Positions 18,401-27,970 of a stretch of DNA of 64,000 nt are shown piece by piece. A program made the position numbers and the translations under genes. The notes beneath the pieces were generated by a model. The model saw only the letters and a program-made list of their open reading frames with translations, ran no database searches and had not been told where the DNA came from. The first letter of the stretch is position 1. Every line of letters begins with the position of its first letter. Source of the DNA: Minisyncoccota bacterium (lineage in GTDB: Bacteria > Patescibacteriota > Minisyncoccia > Phycocordibacterales > UBA1006); contig DASWYC010000002.1 in the NCBI GenBank assembly GCA_036405175.1, positions 123,429 to 187,428 of the forward strand, given 5' to 3'.

Positions 18401-18655
18401 CGCCCTAACGAAGCAACTATTTTAGGTGGAATGATTAGTGCGATTAAAGAAGTAGTTACCAAAAAAGGAGATAAGATGGCTATTATTACGCTCACCGATT
18501 ATCACGGAACCATAGAGGCTGTTCTTTTCCCGGAAAGTTACAAAGAATTTAAAGATCTTTGCGTGCTGGATAGTGTGATTGCGGTGACCGGAAAAGTTAC
18601 CGAACGCAATGAGCAAAAAAATATTATTGTTGAGAAGGTAAAGCTTTTAGGGTAA
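15461..18655 (+). CDS. dnaE: DNA polymerase III alpha subunit
   Basis: PHP domain FVHLHCHTHYSLLDG, conserved polymerase core (GLLKFDFLGLRNL, FNKAHAASYG), OB-fold C-terminus. ATG 15461 chosen over the upstream ORF-track start. Confidence 0.9.
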   Translation: MSEDTLSKPSSFVHLHCHTHYSLLDGLNKIPDLVKKCKEFNMGACAITDHGNMHGALEFYKECNKHGVKPIIGLEAYVANRSRFDKDAGIDNKRFHLTLLAKNEQGYKNLMKISSKAFLEGYYYKPRADKELLKQYGEGIICLTGCPGSEFIFYLKNGDRAKAEGLVDFYVEIFGHEHVFVEIMRHDEVDWYVPLKDTIFEIALKKGLQVVATWDSHYTCKEDHPIHDVLLEINTNNKEFKLTGDYHFINEHEAHEIYEGFGDAVVNTTKVADLVDIKLDLGNWYFPPFPIPEGETHDSLLRKKVYEKVEWRYKELTDEIKDRIEHELDVIAFKGFSIYILIVADLLEYAHNEGILTNIRGSVAGSIVTYLLGITSVDPLYFKLPFTRFLNRERPSAPDIDMDMADNRRDDMLDYARRKYGRDAVAQIGTFGTMAARGSVRDVARSLGYSYETGDKISKLIPLGQQGATMTLEKALKIEPDFKKLYDSDADVRKIVDIAKKIEGSARHVSVHAAGVVISPTGNVDDFAPVQLDPKGGKIITQYDMHYVEESGLIKFDFLGLRNLGILKEALDRVEKIRGVVIDLDNLPQNDPKTFAMLARGETEGVFQLSGGGMTKWLMELKPSNIDDINAMVALFRPGPMDMIPEYIKRKHNPANVRFADPRLKNILDRSYGVIVYQDDVMLISIELAGYSWLEADKLRKAMGKKIPEVLQAEKEKLMKGFEKNGVKAEVMEELWAQIEPFAMYGFNKAHAASYGQLAYRTAYMKAHYPHEFMSAIMTAESGDLEKVADIINECKRMGFQILPPDVNESYSDFTVVLGEDKQPTDEIRFGLNNVKNLGEDIGKAIIHERKAGGKFTSFENFLERVTHKNLNKKSLEALTMCGALDEMIERNAVLANMDTILAFHKELKEMGNAQDSLFGDSAEIKPKLRLAEVDPVSKERMLLWEKDLLGLYVSGHPLDKFKERLVKSNNSTQRIMEHGRPNEATILGGMISAIKEVVTKKGDKMAIITLTDYHGTIEAVLFPESYKEFKDLCVLDSVIAVTGKVTERNEQKNIIVEKVKLLG

Positions 18656-18671
18656 AAAATAGTTAACAGCA

Positions 18672-18790
18672 ATCCATAATCGCAGCGGCCTCTATCGGGC
18701 CTACGCTCAGCTGTCCATCATAGTCGCGCCAAAGCATTGCAACGGCGCTTCCTACCAGCGGTTTCCGCGACTGCTTGCATGGTATTGATG
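18672..18790 (-). repeat. GC-rich intergenic element, copy B (inverted orientation, closing helix degraded)
   Basis: ggcctctatcgggcctacgctcagctgtccatcatagtcg is the reverse complement of the copy-A core. ...ccagcggtttccgcgactgc matches the RC of copy A cgcggaagctgcc.... Confidence 0.5.
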
Positions 18791-18916
18791 GGGAACTTTT
18801 AAAATTCATTTCTAAAATCAAGCTCGCTGTGCGCATAGTATGATGCATATATAATTCACAAACGAATAGTTTGAGTACGCTATACTTATTATATGAATCG
18901 ACTCTCTACATTTAAG

Positions 18917-20245
18917 ATGGGTGTTATGGTAGTTGCAGGTGTTGCAATTTTGTTGGCATTTATTTTATTCGCAACTAACCGTGGAACGTCTACGAGCGGT
19001 GCTGTTGTAGGTACGGTGAATGTATGGGGATCATTCCGTCCGGAAGAAATTGAACCGTTGCTCAATATTGCGCGCACACAGTATCCGGATCTTAAAATTG
19101 ATTTCACCAATAAGCCAGAAAGTACTATTTATACCGATTTTGTAAGCCAAGCTGCAACCAACCAGAGTCCTGATTTGGTAATTGTTCCTATTTCAGAAGT
19201 ACTTTCATATGTCCCATTCATTAGCCCTATTTCAAAAGCATCATTGTCTGATCGTGTAATTAGTGAGCAGTTTATTGATGGCGTATATCCGCTCAATACA
19301 GCACTTGGTATGATCGGTGTTCCAATTTCAATTAATCCTATGCTGTTCATTGCTAATAAAGAATATCTTCAATCAATTTTTGTTGCTAATCTGCCGGGAA
19401 CCTGGGAAGATCTTACAGGACTTACTGAACAACTTGCACGAACTGCTGGCTCTACCATTGAACAACCGGTAATTCCGCTTGGAACGATCTCACAACAATC
19501 AGAAAGCTATGGCGTACTTTTGTCTATGTTTTTACAGGCACGATCTACGTTAATAACCAGCCAATTAGGTACCAATGCAAACCCTACATCAACTGAGTCA
19601 CAGGTTGGATTTAGAAGTGATATTGAAGGTGCTTCATCAGTAATGTACACCTCGCTTGGATCTGCGTTTGATTATTTCTCTGCATATGCACGTCCCGGTT
19701 CAAATGTATTTTCATGGAGTGAGTCGTTGGGTAACCCTATTACATTATTTAAAACCAAGCAGTTGCCATTGTTAATGCTTTCATATAATAGTTTAATGAC
19801 AAACTTCTCAGCAAGTGATCTTTCAGCACTCGCAATAACCTTGTTACCGCTCACATCGCAAGATGTTACTGCAAGCAAACCGGTTTCTTATGCCGATGGA
19901 TACGTTGCTGTAATTCCAAAACTTGCACGTAATGTGAATGGAGCATATGGAACTGCCTTCTCGCTTATTGGTGAACAAGCTCAGCAGCAGATTCCAACAG
20001 CGCTTAAGCACTATCCAATTCTCAAGTCTCTTCTTGCTTCAAAAAAAGATAATCCATTGGATGAAATTGCTCGTAAAGCATCTATCCAATCGGTGGTTAT
20101 ACCATTTACCTCACGCCAGGCATTACGTGATTTGCTCGCCAAAACACTTGCATCATACACCAGCGGTCGCCTTGACCAAGACGGTGCTATTGTGGAGTTC
20201 TCAAATTCAATATCATCAATGCTTGAAAAACTTCAGCTTAAATAA
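18917..20245 (+). CDS. N-terminally anchored extracellular solute-binding-protein-like protein
   Basis: TM anchor MGVMVVAGVAILLAFILFA, then VNVWGSF...PDLKIDF...SPDLVIVP pattern resembling type-1 periplasmic binding proteins. No adjacent permease/ATPase genes. Confidence 0.35.
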   Translation: MGVMVVAGVAILLAFILFATNRGTSTSGAVVGTVNVWGSFRPEEIEPLLNIARTQYPDLKIDFTNKPESTIYTDFVSQAATNQSPDLVIVPISEVLSYVPFISPISKASLSDRVISEQFIDGVYPLNTALGMIGVPISINPMLFIANKEYLQSIFVANLPGTWEDLTGLTEQLARTAGSTIEQPVIPLGTISQQSESYGVLLSMFLQARSTLITSQLGTNANPTSTESQVGFRSDIEGASSVMYTSLGSAFDYFSAYARPGSNVFSWSESLGNPITLFKTKQLPLLMLSYNSLMTNFSASDLSALAITLLPLTSQDVTASKPVSYADGYVAVIPKLARNVNGAYGTAFSLIGEQAQQQIPTALKHYPILKSLLASKKDNPLDEIARKASIQSVVIPFTSRQALRDLLAKTLASYTSGRLDQDGAIVEFSNSISSMLEKLQLK

Positions 20246-20284
20246 CTGGGTAAAACAAAAATGAAGACATCGTGATAGCGTACA

Positions 20285-23200
20285 ATGTATATAACTATTA
20301 TGAATCCTGATGAACTCAAGGCTCAGCTGGAGCAGATTGAAAAAAAGAAAAAACGTAATGCAATGTTGATTGCCTTGGGATTTGCAGTGCTTGGCATCAT
20401 TGTTATTTTTGGAATTTATAGTGCGTTTGTGCGCAATGTAAATCGTGAACGAACCGAAAGTACGCAATACTCTCTTTTTGAGCGTATTTTTGGTGGTAAG
20501 AAAAATCCTCAAGTAGTAGATGAAGCAGCTCAGACAGAAGGAGAAACAAAACAGGTTGAGAATAAAAATAATGGAACATTCGGAGTAAAGTTCACCTCAC
20601 TTGCAGAAAAGTGGTTTCCAAGTTATGCAAAGGGTGTTAAAGAAAACTCAACAAACATTGTTCGCCCATTGAGTGTCTCATCAAATATCTTTGAAGACCC
20701 TGAATATATAAAAAAATATGGAAAAGTGAATAAAGATGAGGCAACGTTGGAAGACATGGCGCGTGCTATGGAATTTGCATCAGAGCGCGGCTCTGAAATT
20801 ACGGATCAAATTGGCAGCCTTGAAAAACAAGTAAGTGAATATAATCGTGAATTTGATGATGAAAAGCAAGAGCTTGATGCATTAAAAGCGCAGCTTGCAA
20901 ACTTAGAAGCACTTGAAGCCCAGGCTACTCAAAATGGTGATCCGGTTGATCTATCTCGCGTACGACGCCGTGCACAAATAGAATCTATTAAACAGCAAAT
21001 TTCTGGACTTGAGCAAAATGTTACCACACATCAGCAAATTTCTGGTGCAATGACCAAGCAGATTGGATCACTTAATACGCAATACAACGGAATTACTCAA
21101 CAAGTCGCAAACTACAACAGTAGCATTACCGGTCTTGAGCAGCAAATTGGAGGATTTTATTCTGAATATACCAAGCTTGATCCTCAGGTAAAACAATATT
21201 TGAATCAATTAAAGAATTTTGATCTTCAAATTCTTAAAACTGACCCAATGTTGAGCAAATTGTCACCACAGTTTTTGGAATTTTTTGTACAAATTAGTTC
21301 GCTCAGAAATCAGTTAACAGAAACATTTGATTCGCAGATTAAAGATCTGTATGCACAAATTAAGTTTTTGAAACTTCAGGTAACATCATTTACGAGTCAG
21401 AAAGTAGTACCAATCGTATCTCAACTTGATGTTCCTATTTTTAAAACCAAGTATCAAATTGGAGCTACCGCAAATGGCATTCCTGCAACAGAAGTCTATC
21501 TAGTAACTGCAATGAATAGTCTTAAAGGCTATTGGGATGGAATTGGAACGGTTAAGCCACAAGTAACAGGAGTTCTCTTCCAGCTTGATGCTAACAAAGA
21601 TGGCAAGTTATCATCAGTTGATTTTGATGGTCTTGGATTTACTCAAGAACAAGTTTTGTCACTTCAAAATCAAATTGATTACGATAAGCTTGAGGGTATT
21701 CCGTGGGCGACCTATGTTGAAGCGTATGATGTTGATCGTGACGGGATTGTTGAGCTATCTGAAATTAAAAAGGTTCTCAGTACTAATGCTGGTAATGCAC
21801 TTCAAAAACTTAATCTTACCCAACAGCTTGATCTCAACAAGGATGGGAAAGTTACCCCCGACGAGCTTCAAAATCAAATTGTATATATTGAAAATCAAGG
21901 AATTTCATGGGAGAAGTTCTTGGCGGCATATGATCTGAATAAAGACGGTTTTGTTACTACTAAAGAAATGAAGACTGCGCTTGAGAATAATACCGATAAT
22001 ATTCTTCAACGACTTAACCTTGCGCTTCAGCTTGATACTAATAAAGATGGAAGAGTATCTCTTATTGATTTTAAGAGTCAGATTGTTTATTTGGAAAATT
22101 CAGGACTTAAGTGGTCAGACTTTTTGGCGGCATATGATAGCAACGCAGATCGTCAGATTACCGTAGAAGAAATGAAGTATGCCATGGAAACTAATTATGG
22201 AAATGTGCTTAAGCAGCTCAATCTTACATCTCAACTTGATGTAAATAAAGATGGCATTGTTACTCAGAATGAATTTTTCCAGCAACTTGATGCCAACAAA
22301 GATGGTTTTGTGACCAAGGCTGACTTTGATGGATTTAGTAGTGGTATGATGATCGCAGAATTTGATGGAAGTATCACTGGTGTGCGTGATGGATTTGCAA
22401 CACTTGATGAAATTAGGTATGCACTCAGTAAAAATCAAAATAGCGTATTCTATCGCTTTAAGCTTAAGAATCAACTCGACCTTGATGGTGATAATATTGT
22501 AAAGCGTCCATATCTTAATATTTTTGGTGATTATGTAGTTGATTCTCGTGAAATGTTGAATGTTGCCGATATTAACGGTGACGGCATCTTTGAGCGCTGT
22601 AGATTTAAGGATATGTACGGTAACTGTATTCCAGAAGGATTTTTGCAGTTGGATGTTGATGGTAATCTTATCCCTGATGTATATCTGCAGGGCGATACTG
22701 ATGGTGATGGAAAAATTAATCCATGCTATTACACCGATACAGGAAAGCAATGTTTTGCAGAAGGATACAGCCCTAATGATTACAATTTCTTTGGTAATCC
22801 AGACTATTTCTTCCAGCTTGATACCAATGGTGACAATATTTACAACGAAAAAGATGCATTTGACCCATACACCTTTGTATTTAGAAAAACTGCAACGGTT
22901 CCAATATATATCAACGAAGAGGATTCATGGCGCGATGAAGAAAGTGGGCAAGCGCAAGTTGCCTTAATGGTAGACTTTACTCCAGGAAAGACGCTCATAC
23001 AAAATATGACGCTTACCATGGTGAAGTATAAGATTGATAAGACCGGAAAGCCGTACGATGTTAGCGGCTTTGGAGGAGGAACATGTACGCTCAGCCGTAC
23101 CAAGACAACTGTGCAAAAGAATGAAAAAGATCTTGGATTCTGCTATCTCCAAGGAGGAAATGTTTCTCCGGATGATTACTTTGATGTACTTGCAACATTG

Positions 23201-24829
23201 TATGGGCCAACATCAATTACTCAGCCAAACATTCTGCAGGGAATTCTTAATCAATTTACTCAAGCTCAAGCCAAGCCAATCATTACCTACGGCTACACAA
23301 CGGTTACCGTTATGAGTAGAAATTCATTCTCATCAATTGATCAGCCGGCAAGTAAATGGTATTACCTTACAAGCACCAATCCGCGCACCCCGAGTACGTA
23401 CTATGCTCAACGACAAATCTGTTTAAATGAGGCACGAGCATACGCAACTAGTACTGGTAAAACTGGCCAGCCGCCATGTTATCGAGAAATCTTTTCTCGC
23501 GCAACGTATTACTTCTTTACCGAGGTAGATCCTCAAATAGTAAAGAGTCCAGATTATCCTGATCTTAAGACGTGTACGGCAGAGGCACAAAAAGCAAAAC
23601 AAGCTGCTAAACAGGCCATGGAGGCAGAAATTAAGAAGCGTAACGATGAGTTGCGAAAACAAGGTAAACCTGCCAATGTTGGACCATCGTATGATCCTCG
23701 TTCATTTAGTTGTATTAATAGTGACAATAAATCACAGCTTCCAACGGTTGATGATGGGGAACCAACGTTCATTAACCAGATTGAAGGTCTTGTTGATCAG
23801 GATAAAACCTATCGCGGATTTACATTCTTTATTAAAACAAATCCAAAGCGCACCAACAAAGAGGCAACAATTGAGTTTGCGGCAACGAACTACATGCCAA
23901 GTGCATTGGCTTCAAAAGATGAGAATAAGGCATCAACCTATCCGGTAACGTTCTACTACTGGAAAGATGGAACTGCTAACAAGTTCACCATACCAATCAC
24001 CGCCAATGTTCAGCCATTAACGCCGGGTCAAACATTTTCAGGACTTTATGAAACCGTAAAGGTGACCGGAAATCCTGGAGAAACAATTAACTTTGAATTT
24101 ACCGAAATGGTGCCCGATGAAAGTACGTCTGATCCGGTTGACCTTAAAGAGGTAAGTGTCAGTGGTGTTCGATCAGTAACGCTGATGACCGATAAAGAAT
24201 TTGAAGCTTCGAAAGATTATAAGAAGAGTCCAGTAAACCAAAGTATGTACCAGGAGGTGAGCGCAGCATCGCCCACCTTTTCTGGTTTTGGTATCTTGAA
24301 GCAGGGGATTATTTTTTGTGGATACGATGGATATTGGCCAACATATGACGGAGCTAAAAAGAGATTCAATTACACATTGCCCGCGGCTTTTTTAGCTAAT
24401 CCAACTAAATATGGTATTGATCCTGCTAAAATAAAAGGCTTAGTTGAAGGTGAGGGTGCGAGCGCAAAAGCTGTTACATATTTTGACGGCAAACCTCAAA
24501 TGGTGACGGTGTTTAATAAACAAGTTGATGAGAATGAGCTCTGCTCATGGCCACATGTGATTGCCTCGTTCAATCGTATTGTGAATATTATCTTGAAGGT
24601 GTTTATGCCGCTTGCAATTGGGATCTTAATCATGGTGATCGGTGTTCGCTATTTGATTGCAGCATATAAGGGTGCTCCGGTTAAATTAGTTGAGAATAAA
24701 AAGGCATTATGGCGCATTGTTATTGGGACCTTGATTATTCTCAGCTCGTTTGTGATTGTTCGATTGATTGTGACTACGCTCAATCAACAAGAATGGTTTG
24801 GTCAGTTTGTTGACGTAACAGGGAAATAG
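20285..24829 (+). CDS. giant (1514 aa) membrane-anchored surface protein with coiled coils, ~10 EF-hand-like Ca-binding repeats, a Cys-rich domain and a C-terminal two-helix membrane domain
   Basis: N-terminal TM LIALGFAVLGIIVIFGIYSAF. Heptad-rich Q/E region. Repeated QLDxNKDGxVTxxE loops (DLNKDGKVTPDE, DTNKDGRVSLID, DVNKDGIVTQNE, DANKDGFVTKAD...). DTDGDGKINP. Many Cys. C-terminus FMPLAIGILIMVIGVRYLIAAY...ALWRIVIGTLIILSSFVIV. Confidence 0.5.
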   Translation: MYITIMNPDELKAQLEQIEKKKKRNAMLIALGFAVLGIIVIFGIYSAFVRNVNRERTESTQYSLFERIFGGKKNPQVVDEAAQTEGETKQVENKNNGTFGVKFTSLAEKWFPSYAKGVKENSTNIVRPLSVSSNIFEDPEYIKKYGKVNKDEATLEDMARAMEFASERGSEITDQIGSLEKQVSEYNREFDDEKQELDALKAQLANLEALEAQATQNGDPVDLSRVRRRAQIESIKQQISGLEQNVTTHQQISGAMTKQIGSLNTQYNGITQQVANYNSSITGLEQQIGGFYSEYTKLDPQVKQYLNQLKNFDLQILKTDPMLSKLSPQFLEFFVQISSLRNQLTETFDSQIKDLYAQIKFLKLQVTSFTSQKVVPIVSQLDVPIFKTKYQIGATANGIPATEVYLVTAMNSLKGYWDGIGTVKPQVTGVLFQLDANKDGKLSSVDFDGLGFTQEQVLSLQNQIDYDKLEGIPWATYVEAYDVDRDGIVELSEIKKVLSTNAGNALQKLNLTQQLDLNKDGKVTPDELQNQIVYIENQGISWEKFLAAYDLNKDGFVTTKEMKTALENNTDNILQRLNLALQLDTNKDGRVSLIDFKSQIVYLENSGLKWSDFLAAYDSNADRQITVEEMKYAMETNYGNVLKQLNLTSQLDVNKDGIVTQNEFFQQLDANKDGFVTKADFDGFSSGMMIAEFDGSITGVRDGFATLDEIRYALSKNQNSVFYRFKLKNQLDLDGDNIVKRPYLNIFGDYVVDSREMLNVADINGDGIFERCRFKDMYGNCIPEGFLQLDVDGNLIPDVYLQGDTDGDGKINPCYYTDTGKQCFAEGYSPNDYNFFGNPDYFFQLDTNGDNIYNEKDAFDPYTFVFRKTATVPIYINEEDSWRDEESGQAQVALMVDFTPGKTLIQNMTLTMVKYKIDKTGKPYDVSGFGGGTCTLSRTKTTVQKNEKDLGFCYLQGGNVSPDDYFDVLATLYGPTSITQPNILQGILNQFTQAQAKPIITYGYTTVTVMSRNSFSSIDQPASKWYYLTSTNPRTPSTYYAQRQICLNEARAYATSTGKTGQPPCYREIFSRATYYFFTEVDPQIVKSPDYPDLKTCTAEAQKAKQAAKQAMEAEIKKRNDELRKQGKPANVGPSYDPRSFSCINSDNKSQLPTVDDGEPTFINQIEGLVDQDKTYRGFTFFIKTNPKRTNKEATIEFAATNYMPSALASKDENKASTYPVTFYYWKDGTANKFTIPITANVQPLTPGQTFSGLYETVKVTGNPGETINFEFTEMVPDESTSDPVDLKEVSVSGVRSVTLMTDKEFEASKDYKKSPVNQSMYQEVSAASPTFSGFGILKQGIIFCGYDGYWPTYDGAKKRFNYTLPAAFLANPTKYGIDPAKIKGLVEGEGASAKAVTYFDGKPQMVTVFNKQVDENELCSWPHVIASFNRIVNIILKVFMPLAIGILIMVIGVRYLIAAYKGAPVKLVENKKALWRIVIGTLIILSSFVIVRLIVTTLNQQEWFGQFVDVTGK

Positions 24830-24837
24830 TTATTAAA

Positions 24838-24870
24838 AGAGCGGCGCACGTAGTGCGCCGCTCTTGTTTT
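24838..24870 (+). terminator. strong intrinsic terminator (12-bp GC-rich stem agagcggcgcac/gtgcgccgctct then tgtttt)
   Basis: Perfect 12-bp inverted repeat immediately after the giant gene stop. Confidence 0.8.
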
Positions 24871-24887
24871 GCTATACTATATTCATC

Positions 24888-25568
24888 ATGCTTTCAGATA
24901 ATTTAATGTGGCGTTATGCCACCAAACGCTACGATACTACTGAAAAAGTTTCAGAAGAAGATATTCAAAAAATCATTGAATGTGGACGCTATGCGCCATC
25001 ATCATATGGATTTGAACCATGGATGTTTTATGTGGTGTCAAATCAGGAGGTAAAAGAAAAAATCTATAATAGTGGATATAAGCTTGCGCCAGTAAAGTTT
25101 AGCCAGCCTCAATTTACTGAGTCATCACATATGATAGTGATTTGTGCAAAGCATCGGGTTACGCGGCGCGATGTTAAAAAATATCTTAGATTGATTGCGG
25201 AAGAGCGGAACATTACCCTTGAATCACTTAACCCATTTAAGAAGAGTCTCCACATGGCGCTTATCCTGGTGCGCCTCTCAGGACTTCTCAAGAATCCATT
25301 CGCACTCTTTACCGAGATGCGCTCATGGTGTGAACGTCAGTGCTATGTTGCACTTGGTTTTATGCTTGCAGAAGCTGCAGAGCGAAAAGTTGATTCATGT
25401 GCCCACGAGGGCTTTATTCCGGATCATGTAGGGAAGATTATCGGATGCAAAGATGGATATTCTCCAATGATCATCATGACACTTGGATATCGTGCAGAAA
25501 ATGATATCAGCATTGGATGGAAAAAAGTTCGTAAGGATTATCGTGATACGGTGGTTGAAATTAAATAA
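24888..25568 (+). CDS. nitroreductase-family NAD(P)H oxidoreductase
   Basis: RYATKRYD...VSEEDIQKIIECGRYAPSSYGFEPWMFYVV nitroreductase N-terminal signature. TATACT -10 at 24873-24878, 9 nt before the ATG. Confidence 0.6.
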   Translation: MLSDNLMWRYATKRYDTTEKVSEEDIQKIIECGRYAPSSYGFEPWMFYVVSNQEVKEKIYNSGYKLAPVKFSQPQFTESSHMIVICAKHRVTRRDVKKYLRLIAEERNITLESLNPFKKSLHMALILVRLSGLLKNPFALFTEMRSWCERQCYVALGFMLAEAAERKVDSCAHEGFIPDHVGKIIGCKDGYSPMIIMTLGYRAENDISIGWKKVRKDYRDTVVEIK

Positions 25569-25681
25569 ATAACACTAAGGTCAAAACAACCCGCGACATA
25601 CGTCACAGATTATTTTTTAAAATTAAGACAAGAAAAAACGTGCCCAATGGACACGTATTTCCCAACTTATAGCCATGAAAA

Positions 25682-26326
25682 CTAATTTTGTATAACTTCT
25701 TTTGTATTAACTTTTTTAATAATAAGCCACACTGCAGTCGCTGCAGCAAAAGGAGTCATATATATCCAAATATTTGCTGTCAAAGCAAGATAATCACGAC
25801 TCGCATCACCAAGCCAAGAAATTCTTGAAAACATGATTGCTGTTAGATTGATTTTTTCCCGATAAGAATAAATCGCAGATCCTGTTGCATGTGCAAATAA
25901 AAACCAGAAATATGCGACCAGGATATAGTGCCTTGTGATTCTTTGTTTCAATAAAGGATCCTTTGCACTATTTGTGTCCAAGTTCAAACCTTTAGGTTTT
26001 GGTTTAAAAAAACCAAATAGAACAATAAAGATTACTTTTTTGCCTATCTTTACCCAAGCAGTTATATGGGGCGGCCAGATAATTGATTTCAATACGAAAA
26101 TCAAGAAAATTCCACCTATGGTGTAAAGAGTAACCCGAATACCATAGGAAATGGATTCGTAATAATGTCTTGTGCTAATCAATGAAATGATTAGACCTAT
26201 CAAGACAAACATTGTTAGAAGGGCGGAAAGTGGCTTTCTAAGGCTATTTTTTAAATGAGCAAATAACCACAAGAAACCTTTTTTAGATAGTGTTTGCAAA
26301 AAACTCAATGGATTTTTCATCAGCAA
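25682..26326 (-). CDS. hypothetical polytopic membrane protein
   Basis: 4-6 predicted TM helices. No motif recognised. A minus-strand hairpin with T-run follows at ~25630-25660. Confidence 0.35.
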   Translation of the reverse strand: MLMKNPLSFLQTLSKKGFLWLFAHLKNSLRKPLSALLTMFVLIGLIISLISTRHYYESISYGIRVTLYTIGGIFLIFVLKSIIWPPHITAWVKIGKKVIFIVLFGFFKPKPKGLNLDTNSAKDPLLKQRITRHYILVAYFWFLFAHATGSAIYSYREKINLTAIMFSRISWLGDASRDYLALTANIWIYMTPFAAATAVWLIIKKVNTKEVIQN

Positions 26327-26503
26327 AGTCCTCCTAGACTTGGTTGTTTTAGTTTTTATAGATTATTAAGAAAACATAAATATCATACCACTTATATTAA
26401 AAAAGTCAATATTACAACATAAAACCACAGAATGTCTATATGGAAAAGCTCTAAAACCCTCAAAAACCTCAATGGTATACTGAAAAAACGAACATTATTT
26501 AGT

Positions 26504-27907
26504 ATGAATAATCTCTCTCCGTGGCTCTATGAACTCCCAGAACGTGTGGATAAACCTATCCTTACCAGCGATCTTGAAGCGGACATGGTAATTGTAGGAG
26601 CTGGGGTTTCCGGACTCACTAGTGCGTATCAAATCCTCACTCAAACTAATCGTTCCGTAACTCTTATAGACGCTTCACGTATTTGCCATGGTGCAACAGG
26701 GCACAATGCCGGACAGCTCGTTGCAGAATTTGAAATGAGCTACAAAGAACTCACGCGCCGTTATGGAACATTTATGGCAAAAGAAGCAGAAGAGGCTCTT
26801 GAATCATCATGGGATATTTTGAAAGATCTTCTTAAAAAAACAGAACTTGCTGTTTCGCCACATTTATTTATGGGAGCCAATGGATATGGTACTGAAGAAG
26901 ATTTGTATGATGTGCTTGAAGAAAACGCGCTACGCAAACAAACTGGACTCACACCAACCGATGTATATGTAATTCCATCCGTGTATAATGCACCACATTT
27001 TCCTCGTGCATATAAAAACTTGGTCCATGAAATGAGCCGTTCAGATATTGAATCTATGCTTGATGCACGAGAAAGTGCATTTATCGCAGTTGAGCTCAAG
27101 CAAAAAGGTGTACTTAACAGCGCACTCTTTGGAGAAAAATTGTGCGAGTGGCTCGAACAAAACTATTCAGAGCGTTTTCAAATATATGAACATACGCCGG
27201 TTACAAAAGTTATACTTAATCGCGCTCAACAAAAACTCATCATTAAAGACTTTACAATCACCTGTACTGATGTGATTTTATGTACTAATGGATTTGAACA
27301 CTTCACAATTGAAGAACAGGGAGGAGATATTGTTGATCGCAAACTCCATCACAATGTTGCAGGAGTGATTGGTTTTATGGGTGCCGTGCATCATCCAACC
27401 AATAAGCCTCCAATGGCGTATGGATACTATAACTCATCAATCGCATCAGATGATGAAATGAGCGATGAACTTGCTGCACTTAAGCTTGAAACACATGCAT
27501 GGGAGGCATTTAAAGAAGATCCCTATATTTATGTAACCAAACGTCCATTTATTTATGAAGGTGCAGCTGGCAATCTTACTTGTATTGGTGGACCTGAACG
27601 TAAATTAGCAGATACGCGTGCATATGATGAAGATCGTCAGATGGCTCCGCAGTTTTATTCGCTTATTGATCGGATAAAAACAGATATTCTTCATATTAAT
27701 GAGAAACTTGATTTTAATTGGCATGGATTAATGGGCTTTACCCCTACAAGTATTCGTATTGTGGGCCCAGAAACGCGGAATAAGCATCTGTGGTACAACC
27801 TTGGCTGCAATGGGGTAGGGATTATGCCTGCTATGTATGGATCGTGGAAATTGGCACAAATGTTGAATGGCAAGCACTTTTCACCATCGGTTTTTGATCC
27901 GCAGTAG
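26504..27907 (+). CDS. FAD-dependent oxidoreductase (DAO/glycine-oxidase-like)
   Basis: Rossmann dinucleotide motif DMVIVGAGVSGLTSAY near the N-terminus. Length and pattern match DAO family. ATG 26504 preferred over the 26432 track start. Confidence 0.5.
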   Translation: MNNLSPWLYELPERVDKPILTSDLEADMVIVGAGVSGLTSAYQILTQTNRSVTLIDASRICHGATGHNAGQLVAEFEMSYKELTRRYGTFMAKEAEEALESSWDILKDLLKKTELAVSPHLFMGANGYGTEEDLYDVLEENALRKQTGLTPTDVYVIPSVYNAPHFPRAYKNLVHEMSRSDIESMLDARESAFIAVELKQKGVLNSALFGEKLCEWLEQNYSERFQIYEHTPVTKVILNRAQQKLIIKDFTITCTDVILCTNGFEHFTIEEQGGDIVDRKLHHNVAGVIGFMGAVHHPTNKPPMAYGYYNSSIASDDEMSDELAALKLETHAWEAFKEDPYIYVTKRPFIYEGAAGNLTCIGGPERKLADTRAYDEDRQMAPQFYSLIDRIKTDILHINEKLDFNWHGLMGFTPTSIRIVGPETRNKHLWYNLGCNGVGIMPAMYGSWKLAQMLNGKHFSPSVFDPQ

Positions 27908-27970
27908 GTGATTGCCTCAAATCTGTCAGATTCTTTACTTTTTGAGGAAATTTAGTATACTTGCACCACT

